64,000 bases of DNA from the NCBI GenBank assembly GCA_049720225.1, contig JBNASD010000004.1, positions 1,117-65,116 of the forward strand, in the 5' to 3' direction. Shown here piece after piece: positions 36,972 to 46,924 of this stretch. The position numbers and the translations under genes are program-made. The DNA is from Microgenomates group bacterium. Its GTDB lineage: Bacteria > Patescibacteriota > Microgenomatia > PFEM01 > JBNASD01. Positions within the stretch are counted from its first letter, which is position 1; every line of letters begins with the position of its first letter. Under the pieces are notes generated by a model that did not search any database, was not told where the DNA came from, and saw only the letters and a list, made by a program, of their open reading frames with translations.

Positions 36972-37439
36972 ATGTCAAATTTATTAACGGAAAAAATAGA
37001 AATTAAAAGAGCAGAAAAAAAGGATTTAGAAAAAATAGTCAATTTGGTAGCAGATTTTTATTCAGAAGAAGAAAGACTAGATCCACGGGCAATTACTGCC
37101 GGAAAGGAAAAACTTACCAAAGCAATTGCTAAAAAGTTGGAAGATAAGAAAAAAAATTTTTACTTTCTTGCTTATAGCGAGGAAGAAATTGTTGGTTTGC
37201 TCCAAATTTTGTTAATTGACCGAAAACTGGCAGAGTTAATTTTAGTTTATGTAGTACCAAAATTTAGAAATCAAGGTATAGGAAAATATTTAATTTCTTG
37301 GGGATTAACTCAATTAAAAAATTGGGGAATAAAGTTTGTAAGAGTGGAAATAAGAGAAAAAAACTACGTTTCCCAAAAGATTTTTTCTTCGTTTAATCCT
37401 TCACTTTATAGTTGTACTTATACTATTTCTCTTTTTTAA
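36972..37439 (+). CDS. GNAT-family N-acetyltransferase
   Basis: RNQGIGKYLISWG (acetyl-CoA binding Q/RxxGxG/A motif). 155 aa. Divergent from the peptide ORF. Confidence 0.7.
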   Translation: MSNLLTEKIEIKRAEKKDLEKIVNLVADFYSEEERLDPRAITAGKEKLTKAIAKKLEDKKKNFYFLAYSEEEIVGLLQILLIDRKLAELILVYVVPKFRNQGIGKYLISWGLTQLKNWGIKFVRVEIREKNYVSQKIFSSFNPSLYSCTYTISLF

Positions 37440-39445
37440 TTTGGCCATTCAGTAATAATTAAGGGTGTTTTTCTTTGGGGTAGTTTTTGCCAGATTTCTT
37501 CGGTAACAAAAGGAGCAAAGGGGTGTAAAATTTTAAGAGAAGTTTCCAAAACATAAAGTAAAATTGGCTGGGCATCTTTTTTTCGAGCTTTACTTTTTTC
37601 AATATAGACGTCGCAAAATTTATGCCAGAAAAATTGATAAATTTCCTCTAGTGCTAAATCAAATCGGTATTTTTTAATAAAATGGGTAACCTTTTTTACG
37701 GTTTTTTTGGTTTCCGTTAAAATCCACTTATCATCAGGGTTGGTAATATTATTTAAGTTTTTAATTATTGAGATACTATCAGGGCATTCTTGATTTAATA
37801 AAACAAATCGAGAAGCATTCCAAATTTTATTAGTAAAATTTCGCCAAGCGATAATTTTTTCTTCCCCAATTTTTATATCATTTCCGGGGGCGTTGCCGGC
37901 AATTAAGGCCATCCTTAAAGCATCGGCACCATATTTTTTAACCATATCCAGAGGATCAAATCCAATTCCTGCGGTTTTACTAAATTTTCTTCCCTTTTCA
38001 TCGCGGACTAATCCATGAAGATAAACTATTTTGAAAGGAATCTTGCCTGTCATTTCCAAACACATCATAATTTCGCGGGCAACCCAGAAGAATAAAATAT
38101 CATAACCGGTTTCTCTTACGGTGGTAGGATAAAAATATTGAAAATCTTTGGTTTTTTGGGGCCAGCCAAAAACAGAAATTGGCCATAAAGCGGAAGAAAA
38201 CCAGGTATCCAAGACGTCTTCTACACCAGGAAGAGGAATTTTATGTCCCCACCATAGTTGGCGAGAGATACACCAGTCTTTGATATTTTCTAACCAGTGA
38301 AAATAAATTTTTTCAAAACGTTTTGGGAAGATTTTTATTTCACCAGTTTTTACTGCTTTAATTGCTTTTTTAGCTAATGGTTGAGTTTTAACAAACCATT
38401 GTTTAGAAATTAAAGGTTCGATTATCGTATTACATCGTTGGCAATGACCAACCTTATGAGTAATTTCTTCAATTTTTTCAATAAATCCATTTTTTTGCAG
38501 ATCTTTAACTACTTTTTCTCTTCCTTCTTTTACTGATAAACCTTGATATTTTCCGGTTAAGGCAGTTAATTGTCCATCAAAATCAACAGCTATTAATATT
38601 TTTAATTTATGGCGTTGACCAATTTCAAAGTCTAAAGGATCATGTCCAGGAGTAATTTTTAAAGCTCCCGTTCCAAATTTTGGATCAACCGCTTCATCTT
38701 CAATTACAGGAATTTTTCTTTCAGTTAAAGGGATGGGGATTAATTGACCAACTAAAGATTTATATTTTTTATTACTGGGATGAATTGCCACCGCGACATC
38801 GGCAAAAATAGTTTCCGGTCGAGTGGTGGCAATGGTAATTGGACCATACCTTAAATAATAAAGCTTCCCTTTTTCTTCTTTATAAATATTTTCTAAATCA
38901 GAAATAGCGGTGTGACAAGAAGGGCACCAATTAACAATTCTTTCTCCTTGATAGATTAATCCCTTACGATAAAGTCGAAGAAACGCTTCTTTAACTGCTT
39001 GAGAGCGAATTTTATCCATCGTATAAGCTTCTCGACTCCAATCTAAAGAAAAACCTAATTTTTTGAGTTGCTGGCGAATGTAATTTTTGGAATTTTCCGC
39101 AAAAGCGGTTGCCCTTTTTAAGAATTCCTTTTTGCCAACTTGATTTTTAGTTTTTCCTTCTGCTAATAATTGCTTACAAACTAAATATTCCACCGCGATT
39201 GAAGCATGATCAAAGCCGGGGAGCCATAAAGTGGGATCTCCCTTCATTCGGTGATAACGGACCATAATGTCTTCTACAACATACATTGCATGGCCTGCAT
39301 GGAGAGAGCCGGTAACATTTGGTGGAGGAAGGGTAATTACAAAAGGTTTTCTTTTTTTATCAATTTTTGGGGTAAACCAACCACCTTTTTCCCAAAATTG
39401 ATAAATCTTTTCTTCAACTTTTTTTGGGTCGTATTGTTTATCCAT
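37436..39445 (-). CDS. valS: Valyl-tRNA synthetase, compact form lacking C-terminal coiled-coil
   Basis: PPPNVTGSLHAGHA (HIGH), KFSKT (KMSKS-like), and LHPFAPFVTEEIWQ at the anticodon-binding domain. Only 669 aa. Confidence 0.75.
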   Translation of the reverse strand: MDKQYDPKKVEEKIYQFWEKGGWFTPKIDKKRKPFVITLPPPNVTGSLHAGHAMYVVEDIMVRYHRMKGDPTLWLPGFDHASIAVEYLVCKQLLAEGKTKNQVGKKEFLKRATAFAENSKNYIRQQLKKLGFSLDWSREAYTMDKIRSQAVKEAFLRLYRKGLIYQGERIVNWCPSCHTAISDLENIYKEEKGKLYYLRYGPITIATTRPETIFADVAVAIHPSNKKYKSLVGQLIPIPLTERKIPVIEDEAVDPKFGTGALKITPGHDPLDFEIGQRHKLKILIAVDFDGQLTALTGKYQGLSVKEGREKVVKDLQKNGFIEKIEEITHKVGHCQRCNTIIEPLISKQWFVKTQPLAKKAIKAVKTGEIKIFPKRFEKIYFHWLENIKDWCISRQLWWGHKIPLPGVEDVLDTWFSSALWPISVFGWPQKTKDFQYFYPTTVRETGYDILFFWVAREIMMCLEMTGKIPFKIVYLHGLVRDEKGRKFSKTAGIGFDPLDMVKKYGADALRMALIAGNAPGNDIKIGEEKIIAWRNFTNKIWNASRFVLLNQECPDSISIIKNLNNITNPDDKWILTETKKTVKKVTHFIKKYRFDLALEEIYQFFWHKFCDVYIEKSKARKKDAQPILLYVLETSLKILHPFAPFVTEEIWQKLPQRKTPLIITEWPN

Positions 39446-39467
39446 TTAAGCTTTATTTTACCATCTT

Positions 39468-40019
39468 TTATTTTTGTTTTAAACAGAAAGTTTTGAGATT
39501 TTTATAAAGTGGTCCCTGAGCATCTAAGAAACTTTGTTTTAAAGAAATTTCCTTTATTAAAAATTTAGAGTTTTTGATTTTAATAACTTTAGTTAATTTT
39601 TCAATATTTTTAGGAATTTTTAATCGACATAAAGTAAGATGAGGAATAAAAGGTTTAGGATCAAACCAGATATTTTCTTTTTTAAATGATTTTTGGACCT
39701 CTCTTAAAAATGAATCAATTTTTTCGTCTTCTTTCCTAAGAAAAAGAGCAATAATTTTTGCCTGAGTAGGAGAAGGAAAAGCGGATATTTTTTCTAGAGA
39801 AAAAGCAAAAGGAGAATAACTATTAGTGACCGAATTGAGAATTTTTTTTATCTTTGGAAGTTTTTCTTTTTTAGTTTCTCCTAAAAAAATTAAGGTGAGG
39901 TGACTTAATGAAGGTTTAACCCACCGTCCGTTTATTTTCTCTTTTTTAACTTTTTCTTGAATAATTAAGAATTCTTTTTTTATTTCTAGGGGAACTTCTC
40001 CACTAATAAATAATCTCAT
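39468..40019 (-). CDS. RNA 2',3'-cyclic phosphodiesterase (LigT/ThpR, 2H phosphoesterase)
   Basis: Two HxT/Sx motifs (HLTLIFLG and HLTLCRL). 183 aa. Confidence 0.75.
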   Translation of the reverse strand: MRLFISGEVPLEIKKEFLIIQEKVKKEKINGRWVKPSLSHLTLIFLGETKKEKLPKIKKILNSVTNSYSPFAFSLEKISAFPSPTQAKIIALFLRKEDEKIDSFLREVQKSFKKENIWFDPKPFIPHLTLCRLKIPKNIEKLTKVIKIKNSKFLIKEISLKQSFLDAQGPLYKNLKTFCLKQK

Positions 40020-40046
40020 TTTAAATATTCTTTCATTTTTTTATTT

Positions 40047-41663
40047 ATGTTAATATTAACTTATATGGATAATCTAAATCAAAAATCACCATTTTTTAAT
40101 TTAGATTCTTCTGATAATTTAAAACAACCAATAACAGAAAATTCTTCTGATTTAGAAAAGCCGATGAATAACCTTCCTCCTTCTGAGGAAAAAAGTCCTT
40201 TTTCTGAAGAGAACCTTTCTCCAAATGATTCTAACTCTGAACAAACAACAAATTCTGCTTCTTTTTCTTCCGAACAATCGCCAATTTCCTCCCCAGAAGA
40301 AGGAACTGGTTTTTCAAATAATTCACTTATTACCCCTCAGTCCTCTAAGCTACGCAAAATTTTATTAATTTTAGGCGGAATTTTTTTTATTTTGTTGATA
40401 TTTTTTTTAAGTTTTAAATTTATTCTTCCTCGTTTTCAAAAACAAAAACAAATTACCTTAACTTACTGGGGCTTATGGGAGCCCGAAACAGTAATGAACG
40501 CAATAATCGCTGATTGGGAAAAAGAAAACCCCAATATTAAAGTGAATTATATCCAACAAAACCATCGGGAATATCGAGAAAGATTACAATCCGCGTTGGC
40601 TCGAGAAGAAGGGCCAGATATTTTTCGATTTCATCTTACATGGGTCCCAATGCTTAAAAACGAATTGGAGCCAATTCCTTCTACTGTGATGACTGCTTCC
40701 GAATTTGAGCAAAGTTTTTATCCGGTAATTACGGAAAACTTAAGGTATCAAACTGGCTTTTTAGGCATTCCTTTAATGGTCGATACCTTAGCTTTATTTT
40801 ACAATGAAGATATTTTTTTAGCTGCCGGAAAAGTTCCTCCTAAAAATTGGCAAGAGTTAAGGCAGGTTGCTTTAGATTTAACAATTAAAGACGAGGAGGG
40901 ACGGATTCAAACTGCCGGAGTTGCTTTGGGGACGACCAACAATGTTGATCATTGGTCTGATATTTTAGGATTAATGATGCTTCAAAATGGAGTCGATCTA
41001 ACTAATCCTGGTTTTTGTTACAAAAAACAAAAAGAGGTTTGTCTAGGAGAAGACGCTTTAAATTTTTATACCATTTTTTATCGGGTTGATCGAGTGTGGG
41101 ATGAAACTTTACCTTCTTCTACTCAAGCTTTTGCTGCCGGTAAATTAGCCATGTATTTTGGACCTTCTTGGCGGGTTTTCGATATTAAAGCAATCAATCC
41201 TAAACTAAATTTTAAAATAATTCCTGTTCCTCAAATTTCAGAAAATGAGGTTAATTGGGCTACTTTTTGGGTAGAAGGAGTAGCCAAAAAAAGCAAGTAT
41301 AAACAAGAAGCTTTTAAATTTTTAAAATTTTTAAGTTCTCCCTCAACATTAGAAAAACTTTATCAAGCAGAATCTAATTTACGGCTTTTTGGTGAAATTT
41401 ATCCTCGAAAAGAAATGGCCGAAAAATTAAAAGATAATCCTTTTGTTGCTCCTTTTCTTGAACAAATAACTACCGCCAAAACATGGTGGCTTTGTTCTTT
41501 TACTTGGGATAACGGAATTAATGATCGGATGATTAAGTATTTTGAAGATGCAGTAAATGCGGTCAATCAAGGAAAAACAGCTAAAGAGGCATTAGAAACA
41601 ACTACTCAAGGAATAGGACAACTTCTTTCTCAATACGGAATAAGCACTAGCGTTATTAGATGA
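40047..41663 (+). CDS. Membrane-anchored extracellular solute-binding protein (ABC transporter SBP family 1-like)
   Basis: Low-complexity Ser/Pro-rich N-terminus, TM, then an SBP-like domain (TLTYWGLWEPET..., GIPLMVDTLALFYN). No cognate permease or ATPase adjacent. Confidence 0.5.
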   Translation: MLILTYMDNLNQKSPFFNLDSSDNLKQPITENSSDLEKPMNNLPPSEEKSPFSEENLSPNDSNSEQTTNSASFSSEQSPISSPEEGTGFSNNSLITPQSSKLRKILLILGGIFFILLIFFLSFKFILPRFQKQKQITLTYWGLWEPETVMNAIIADWEKENPNIKVNYIQQNHREYRERLQSALAREEGPDIFRFHLTWVPMLKNELEPIPSTVMTASEFEQSFYPVITENLRYQTGFLGIPLMVDTLALFYNEDIFLAAGKVPPKNWQELRQVALDLTIKDEEGRIQTAGVALGTTNNVDHWSDILGLMMLQNGVDLTNPGFCYKKQKEVCLGEDALNFYTIFYRVDRVWDETLPSSTQAFAAGKLAMYFGPSWRVFDIKAINPKLNFKIIPVPQISENEVNWATFWVEGVAKKSKYKQEAFKFLKFLSSPSTLEKLYQAESNLRLFGEIYPRKEMAEKLKDNPFVAPFLEQITTAKTWWLCSFTWDNGINDRMIKYFEDAVNAVNQGKTAKEALETTTQGIGQLLSQYGISTSVIR

Positions 41664-42520
41664 AAAAAGCAGTTTTAGCAACTTTAGCTTACGCGGATAT
41701 TTTTGATTATCCCCTTAAAAAAGAAGAAATTTGGTTATTTCTTATTGGTAAAAAAGGAAAAAAGGAGAAAGTAAACAAGATAATAGAAGAGCTTCTTTCT
41801 TTAAAAATAATTGAAAAAAAATCAGATTTTTATTTTTTAAAAGGAAGAAAAAAGATAGTTTCTTTAAGAAAAAAAAGAGAGAAAGAAAACGAAAAGAAAT
41901 TAAAAAAAGCTTTTAAAATCGCTAATTTTCTAAAAATAATTCCGGGAATAAAAATGGTGGCAATTAGTGGAGCGGTAGCAATGAAGAATGCAAAAGAGGA
42001 GGACGACATTGATTTTTTAATTGTTACTAAAAAAAATTGGATGTGGACGGTGAGGTTTTTAGCGGTGATTTTATTGGAAATTTTAGGTTGTCGGCGTCGT
42101 CCAAATGATAAAAATGTAAAAGACAAGATTTGTCTTAATATGTTTATTACTGAAGATAAATTAAAAATTCCTAAAAAAGACTGGAATTTATTTATTGCTC
42201 ATGAAATTTGTCAATTAAAGCCTTTATGGGAAAAAGATAATGTTTATTGGCGATTTTTAGAAGAAAATCAGTGGATTAAAGATTATTTACCTAATTATTT
42301 TTTTTCTCTTAGGGAAAAAGCTCTATCTTTAAAAAAAAGTAAAGAAAGATTTTCCTTTAATCCTTTAGAAAAAATTTTAAAATTTTTTCAGCTTTGGTAT
42401 ATGAAAAAAAGAATCACCCAAGAAAAAATTTCTTCGGGAATACTTCGATTTCACCCTCATGATTTAAAAAAAGAGATTCTTAATGAATACCAAAAGAAAT
42501 TAAAAATATTAAGAGTATAA
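41660..42520 (+). CDS. Minimal nucleotidyltransferase-fold (Pol-beta-like) domain protein
   Basis: ISGAVAMKNAKEEDDIDFLIV matches the GS...DxD nucleotidyltransferase signature. Confidence 0.5.
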   Translation: MKKAVLATLAYADIFDYPLKKEEIWLFLIGKKGKKEKVNKIIEELLSLKIIEKKSDFYFLKGRKKIVSLRKKREKENEKKLKKAFKIANFLKIIPGIKMVAISGAVAMKNAKEEDDIDFLIVTKKNWMWTVRFLAVILLEILGCRRRPNDKNVKDKICLNMFITEDKLKIPKKDWNLFIAHEICQLKPLWEKDNVYWRFLEENQWIKDYLPNYFFSLREKALSLKKSKERFSFNPLEKILKFFQLWYMKKRITQEKISSGILRFHPHDLKKEILNEYQKKLKILRV

Positions 42521-42527
42521 TTAAGCT

Positions 42528-45416
42528 ATGAGTAAAGAGGAAAAAGTTCTTAATTCTCAACAAAAATTAGCAATAGAATACACTGAGGGGCCGTTATTAA
42601 TTATTGCTGGCGCAGGGACAGGAAAAACAACGGTAATTACGGAAAAAATTAAATATTTAATTAATTCAGGAAAAGCAAAATCAGAAGAAATCTTAGCTTT
42701 AACTTTTACAGAAAAAGCGGCTCGAGAAATGGAAGAAAGAGTAGATTTAGCCTTACCTTATGGTTATACGGAAATGTGGATTTCTACTTTTCATTCTTTT
42801 TGTGATCGAATTTTAAGAGCGGAAGCTTTAGAAATAGGTTTAGATCCCGGATATAAATTAATGACTGAGGCAGAAACGGTTCAATTTTTAATTAAAAATA
42901 TTTTTAATTTTAAACTCAAGTATTTTCGTCCTTTAGGAAATCCTAATAAATTTATTGAGGGGATTTTACAACATTTTTCTCGGTTAAAAGACGAAGACGT
43001 TACTCCTGAGGAATATCTTTTGTGGATAAAAAATCAAAAAAATACCTCAAAACTTTCTTTAGAAGAAAAAGAAAAATACGAAGAACTAGCGGAAGCTTAT
43101 CAAAAATATGAAGAATTAAAAGTTAAAGAAGGAGTAATGGATTTTTCCGATTTAATTAGTAATACTTTAAAGCTTTTTCGAAGAAGAAGGACAATTCTTA
43201 AAAAATACCAACAACAATTTAAGTATATTTTAGTTGATGAGTTTCAAGATACTAATTACGCTCAATACGCTTTACTTAAAGAATTAGCTCCTCCTGATAA
43301 GAAACCAAATTTAACAGTGGTTGGTGATGATTCCCAGTCAATTTTTAAATTTCGGGGAGCAGCGATTTCTAACATTTTGCAATTTATGGAAGAGTATAAA
43401 GGAGCTAAACAAGTAGTATTAATTAAAAATTATCGTTCTACCCAAACTATTCTTGATCATGCTTATCGGTTAATTAAACATAATGATCCGGATACTTTAG
43501 AAGCAAAGTTGGGCATCAGCAAAAATCTTAAAGCAATAAGAAAGACAAAAGAATCTCCAATTGAATTTATTTATAAAGAAAGAGTTGAAGACGAAGCAGA
43601 GGCAGTAGCGGAAAAAATAAAATTTCTTAAAACAAAAATAAAAGATTTACAATGGAAAGATTTTGCAATTTTAGTAAGAGCTAATAATCATGCCGATCCT
43701 TTTGTAAGGGCTTTTATTCGCCAAGGAATTCCTTATCAATTTTTAGGTCCAGGTAAACTTTTTCGTCAACCAGAAGTAAAAGATTTAATTGCCTATCTTA
43801 AGGTTTTATATAATTTTGAGGACAATGTTTCCTTTTACCGAGTGTTATCGATGGAAATTTTTGAATTGCCTCCTCGAGATTTAGCAGCAATAAATAATTA
43901 TGCCTTAAAAAAGAAAATAAGTCTTTTTGAGGCTTGCGAGGAGATTGAAAAAATTTTTGTTCGACCAGACACAAGGGAGAAAATTAAAAAGATTGTAGCA
44001 ATGATTAATCGCCATTTAAAATTAATTCCTCAACAAACCGCCGGGCAAATTCTTTATTATTTTTTGGAAGATAGTGGATTACTTAAGAAATTAACCCGAT
44101 ATCAAACAGTAAAAGAAGAAAAACAAGCACAAAATATTTCTAAATTTTTTGATCGGTTAAAAACTTATGAAATGGATCATGAAGACGCTTCTGTTTTTGC
44201 GGTTGTTGATTGGATTAATCTTTCTTTAGAATTAGGAGAATCCCCTTTGGCGGCTAATTATGATTGGATAGACGAGGACAAAGTAAATATTTTAACAGTT
44301 CATTCTGCTAAGGGATTAGAGTTCAGGGTGGTTTTTTTAGTTAATTTAGTAGCAGGAAGATTTCCTACTTGGGAAAGAAAAGAAACCATTCCTATTCCTG
44401 AGGCGTTGATTAAAGAAATTCTTCCCTCAGGAGATTATCATCTTCAAGAAGAAAGGCGACTTTTTTATGTGGGAATGACACGAGCTCGTGATTATCTTTT
44501 CTTTACGGCGGCAAATTATTATGGAGAGGGAAAAAGAGAAAGAAAAATTTCTCCTTTTGTTTTTGAAGCTTTAGGGAAAAAACCGGAAGAGGTTTTTTCT
44601 CCTTCTTCAGAAAAAGAATTGCAATTAAGTCTTTTAAGTTGGCAAACCATTACTCCGCCAGAAGAAAAAAATAATAATTCTTTACCAATAACTTACCTTT
44701 CTTATTCCCAAATAGAAGCTTTTAATAACTGCCCTTTACAATATCGCTATCGGTATATTCAAAGAATTCCAATTGCTCCTTCAGCCGCTCAAAGTTTTGG
44801 CGATTCTTTACATAAAACTTTAAAAGAATTTTATTTGCAGATTAAAAAGGGTAAAAAATTGAAAGAGGAAGATTTAATTTCCTTATTGACTAAAAATTGG
44901 GTTTCTGAAGGATATGCCAGTAAAATTCATGAAAAACAAGCAAAAGAAAAAGGAGAGGAAATTTTAAGAAATTTTTTTAGGAAAGAGTTTAATCCAAAAA
45001 AAATTCCCAAATTTCTGGAACAGTCATTCGTAATCAAACTTTCTCCCCAATTAAAAATAAAAGGAAAAATAGATCGAATTGATGAAGAAGGAGAAAAGTT
45101 AGAAATAATTGATTATAAAACAGGAAAATCGTGGGAGCAAAAAGAAGTTGATAAGTCGTTACAGATGACGGTGTACGCCTTAGCGGTTACTGATCAGGGA
45201 ATTTTTGCTAAAAAACCAGAAAATGTTGTTTTAAGTTTTTATTTTTTAGAAACTGGAGAGAAGAAATCAACTGTTCGAACAAAAGAGCAATTAGAGGAAG
45301 CAAAAAAAGAACTTTTAAAAAAAGCAAAAGAAATTGAAGAAAGTAATTTTGAACCTCGTCCTTCAAATCTCTGTGATTTTTGTGAATATCGATTATTATG
45401 TGAAGCCTGGATTTAG
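42528..45416 (+). CDS. UvrD/PcrA-type SF1 helicase fused to C-terminal RecB/Cas4-like PD-(D/E)xK nuclease with Cys cluster (AddA-like)
   Basis: Motif I GAGTGKTTV, motif II VDEFQDTN, the nuclease motif IDRIDEEGEKLEIIDYKTGKS, and the C-terminal CDFCEYRLLC Fe-S-type cysteines. Confidence 0.75.
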   Translation: MSKEEKVLNSQQKLAIEYTEGPLLIIAGAGTGKTTVITEKIKYLINSGKAKSEEILALTFTEKAAREMEERVDLALPYGYTEMWISTFHSFCDRILRAEALEIGLDPGYKLMTEAETVQFLIKNIFNFKLKYFRPLGNPNKFIEGILQHFSRLKDEDVTPEEYLLWIKNQKNTSKLSLEEKEKYEELAEAYQKYEELKVKEGVMDFSDLISNTLKLFRRRRTILKKYQQQFKYILVDEFQDTNYAQYALLKELAPPDKKPNLTVVGDDSQSIFKFRGAAISNILQFMEEYKGAKQVVLIKNYRSTQTILDHAYRLIKHNDPDTLEAKLGISKNLKAIRKTKESPIEFIYKERVEDEAEAVAEKIKFLKTKIKDLQWKDFAILVRANNHADPFVRAFIRQGIPYQFLGPGKLFRQPEVKDLIAYLKVLYNFEDNVSFYRVLSMEIFELPPRDLAAINNYALKKKISLFEACEEIEKIFVRPDTREKIKKIVAMINRHLKLIPQQTAGQILYYFLEDSGLLKKLTRYQTVKEEKQAQNISKFFDRLKTYEMDHEDASVFAVVDWINLSLELGESPLAANYDWIDEDKVNILTVHSAKGLEFRVVFLVNLVAGRFPTWERKETIPIPEALIKEILPSGDYHLQEERRLFYVGMTRARDYLFFTAANYYGEGKRERKISPFVFEALGKKPEEVFSPSSEKELQLSLLSWQTITPPEEKNNNSLPITYLSYSQIEAFNNCPLQYRYRYIQRIPIAPSAAQSFGDSLHKTLKEFYLQIKKGKKLKEEDLISLLTKNWVSEGYASKIHEKQAKEKGEEILRNFFRKEFNPKKIPKFLEQSFVIKLSPQLKIKGKIDRIDEEGEKLEIIDYKTGKSWEQKEVDKSLQMTVYALAVTDQGIFAKKPENVVLSFYFLETGEKKSTVRTKEQLEEAKKELLKKAKEIEESNFEPRPSNLCDFCEYRLLCEAWI

Positions 45417-45454
45417 TCTTTACTTTTAATAATAGTTTTCTTTATACTTAAATT

Positions 45455-46006
45455 ATGACTGCCCAAACATCAACGATCGAGTTTCTTCCTCAAGAAGATT
45501 GGGAAAAGGGCGTAATTGGGAAGATTCTTAAATGGATTATTACCATTGGTCGACATATTGTGATTTTTACCGAGTTAATTGTAATTTTAGCTTTTTTATC
45601 TCGTTTTAAACTTGACCGTGATTTAACTGATCTAGGAGAAAAAATTAAACAACAACAGGCAATTATTAACTCCTGGTCTTCTTTTGAAAAAGAATTTCGT
45701 TTCTTACAAACCCGTTTAGAGAAAATTGAGAAAATTGAAAAGGAACAAATTGTAGTAGGAGAAATTCTTGCAGAAATAAGTCAAAAAATTCCCACCGAAG
45801 TTTCTCTTTCTTCTTTGGAAGTGAGTAAGGATGGAAAAATTACTTTTACCGCTTCTTCTTTAACAGAAAGGGGAGTAGGATTATTTTTAACTAATCTTAA
45901 AAAATCAAATTTATTTAAAGAGGTTAGTTTAACATCTATTAGTTTAAATCAAGAAAAAGGAAGTGAAATTAAATTTCAGATAGAATGTTTATTAAATAAA
46001 AAGTAA
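45455..46006 (+). CDS. PilN-like bitopic membrane protein (type IV pilus assembly-like)
   Basis: Single TM plus coiled-coil plus a short periplasmic domain. Architecture only. Confidence 0.35.
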   Translation: MTAQTSTIEFLPQEDWEKGVIGKILKWIITIGRHIVIFTELIVILAFLSRFKLDRDLTDLGEKIKQQQAIINSWSSFEKEFRFLQTRLEKIEKIEKEQIVVGEILAEISQKIPTEVSLSSLEVSKDGKITFTASSLTERGVGLFLTNLKKSNLFKEVSLTSISLNQEKGSEIKFQIECLLNKK

Positions 46007-46624
46007 ATGGAAAATTTACAAATTTTTGATTACCATCGTTATCGGCGATATTTTAGAAGTATTAAACATTTTTATTTACAGAAAAGAGTAAGGGTTTATA
46101 CTGAAGTAGTTTTCACTCTTTTTACTATTACTTTCTTTCTCTTTTTTGCCATTCGTCCAACCTTAATTACTATCAGTAGTTTAATAAAAGAAATCAAAGA
46201 AAAAAGAGAGGTAGTTCAGGCACTAGAAAATAAAATTAATGCTTTAACAGTGGCCAGTAGCAATTATCAAAAAATTGAGGGAGATCTTTATTTGGTTGAT
46301 CAAGCATTGCCTCAAGGTGCTACTTTTGGCGATTTGGTTACTCAAATAGAGGTTCTTGCTTTTAAAAAGGGCGTTGTTATTGAAAATTTCCAAGCTTCCC
46401 ACTTAACAATTAAAGAAAAAAATATTCTTGATCCAGAAAAAGAAATTGAATTCAATTTAACAGTTGTTGGTGAATATCAAAATCTAAAAGAATTTCTAAA
46501 TAGTTTCTCTAATTTAAGAAGGTTAATTATTTTAGAAAATATTAGCTTTAAAGAACAAAAAAAAGAAACTTCTAATTTGATTTTAACTTTAAGATGTAAA
46601 GCATTTTCTTTGGCTAAAAAATGA
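46007..46624 (+). CDS. PilO-like bitopic membrane protein
   Basis: Single TM, coiled coil and a periplasmic domain. Back-to-back with the PilN-like gene. Confidence 0.35.
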   Translation: MENLQIFDYHRYRRYFRSIKHFYLQKRVRVYTEVVFTLFTITFFLFFAIRPTLITISSLIKEIKEKREVVQALENKINALTVASSNYQKIEGDLYLVDQALPQGATFGDLVTQIEVLAFKKGVVIENFQASHLTIKEKNILDPEKEIEFNLTVVGEYQNLKEFLNSFSNLRRLIILENISFKEQKKETSNLILTLRCKAFSLAKK

Positions 46625-46920
46625 AAGAAGGAATAAAACTAGGAAAAAATACATTGATTTTAGCAATAATGACCTTAATTACCGTTATTGTTTGGATTGG
46701 GGTAGAGGTCTATTCTACTCTTCAAAAAACGACTATTCCTCAAGTAACCAGAGACCAAATGACAAAACTAGATCCTACTTTTAAAGAAAATGTGATTAGA
46801 GAATTGGAAAAAAGAGTGTGGTTTTCTGAAGAAGAATTTATTAATTTAAATTTTTCACAATTAGTTTCCTCTTTAGAGGAGGGTATACCAAGTACTTTAT
46901 CGGGAAAAATAACCAGGTAA
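46621..46920 (+). CDS. Small membrane-anchored hypothetical protein
   Basis: 99 aa with an N-terminal TM. Confidence 0.3.
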   Translation: MKEGIKLGKNTLILAIMTLITVIVWIGVEVYSTLQKTTIPQVTRDQMTKLDPTFKENVIRELEKRVWFSEEEFINLNFSQLVSSLEEGIPSTLSGKITR

Positions 46921-46924
46921 GGAA

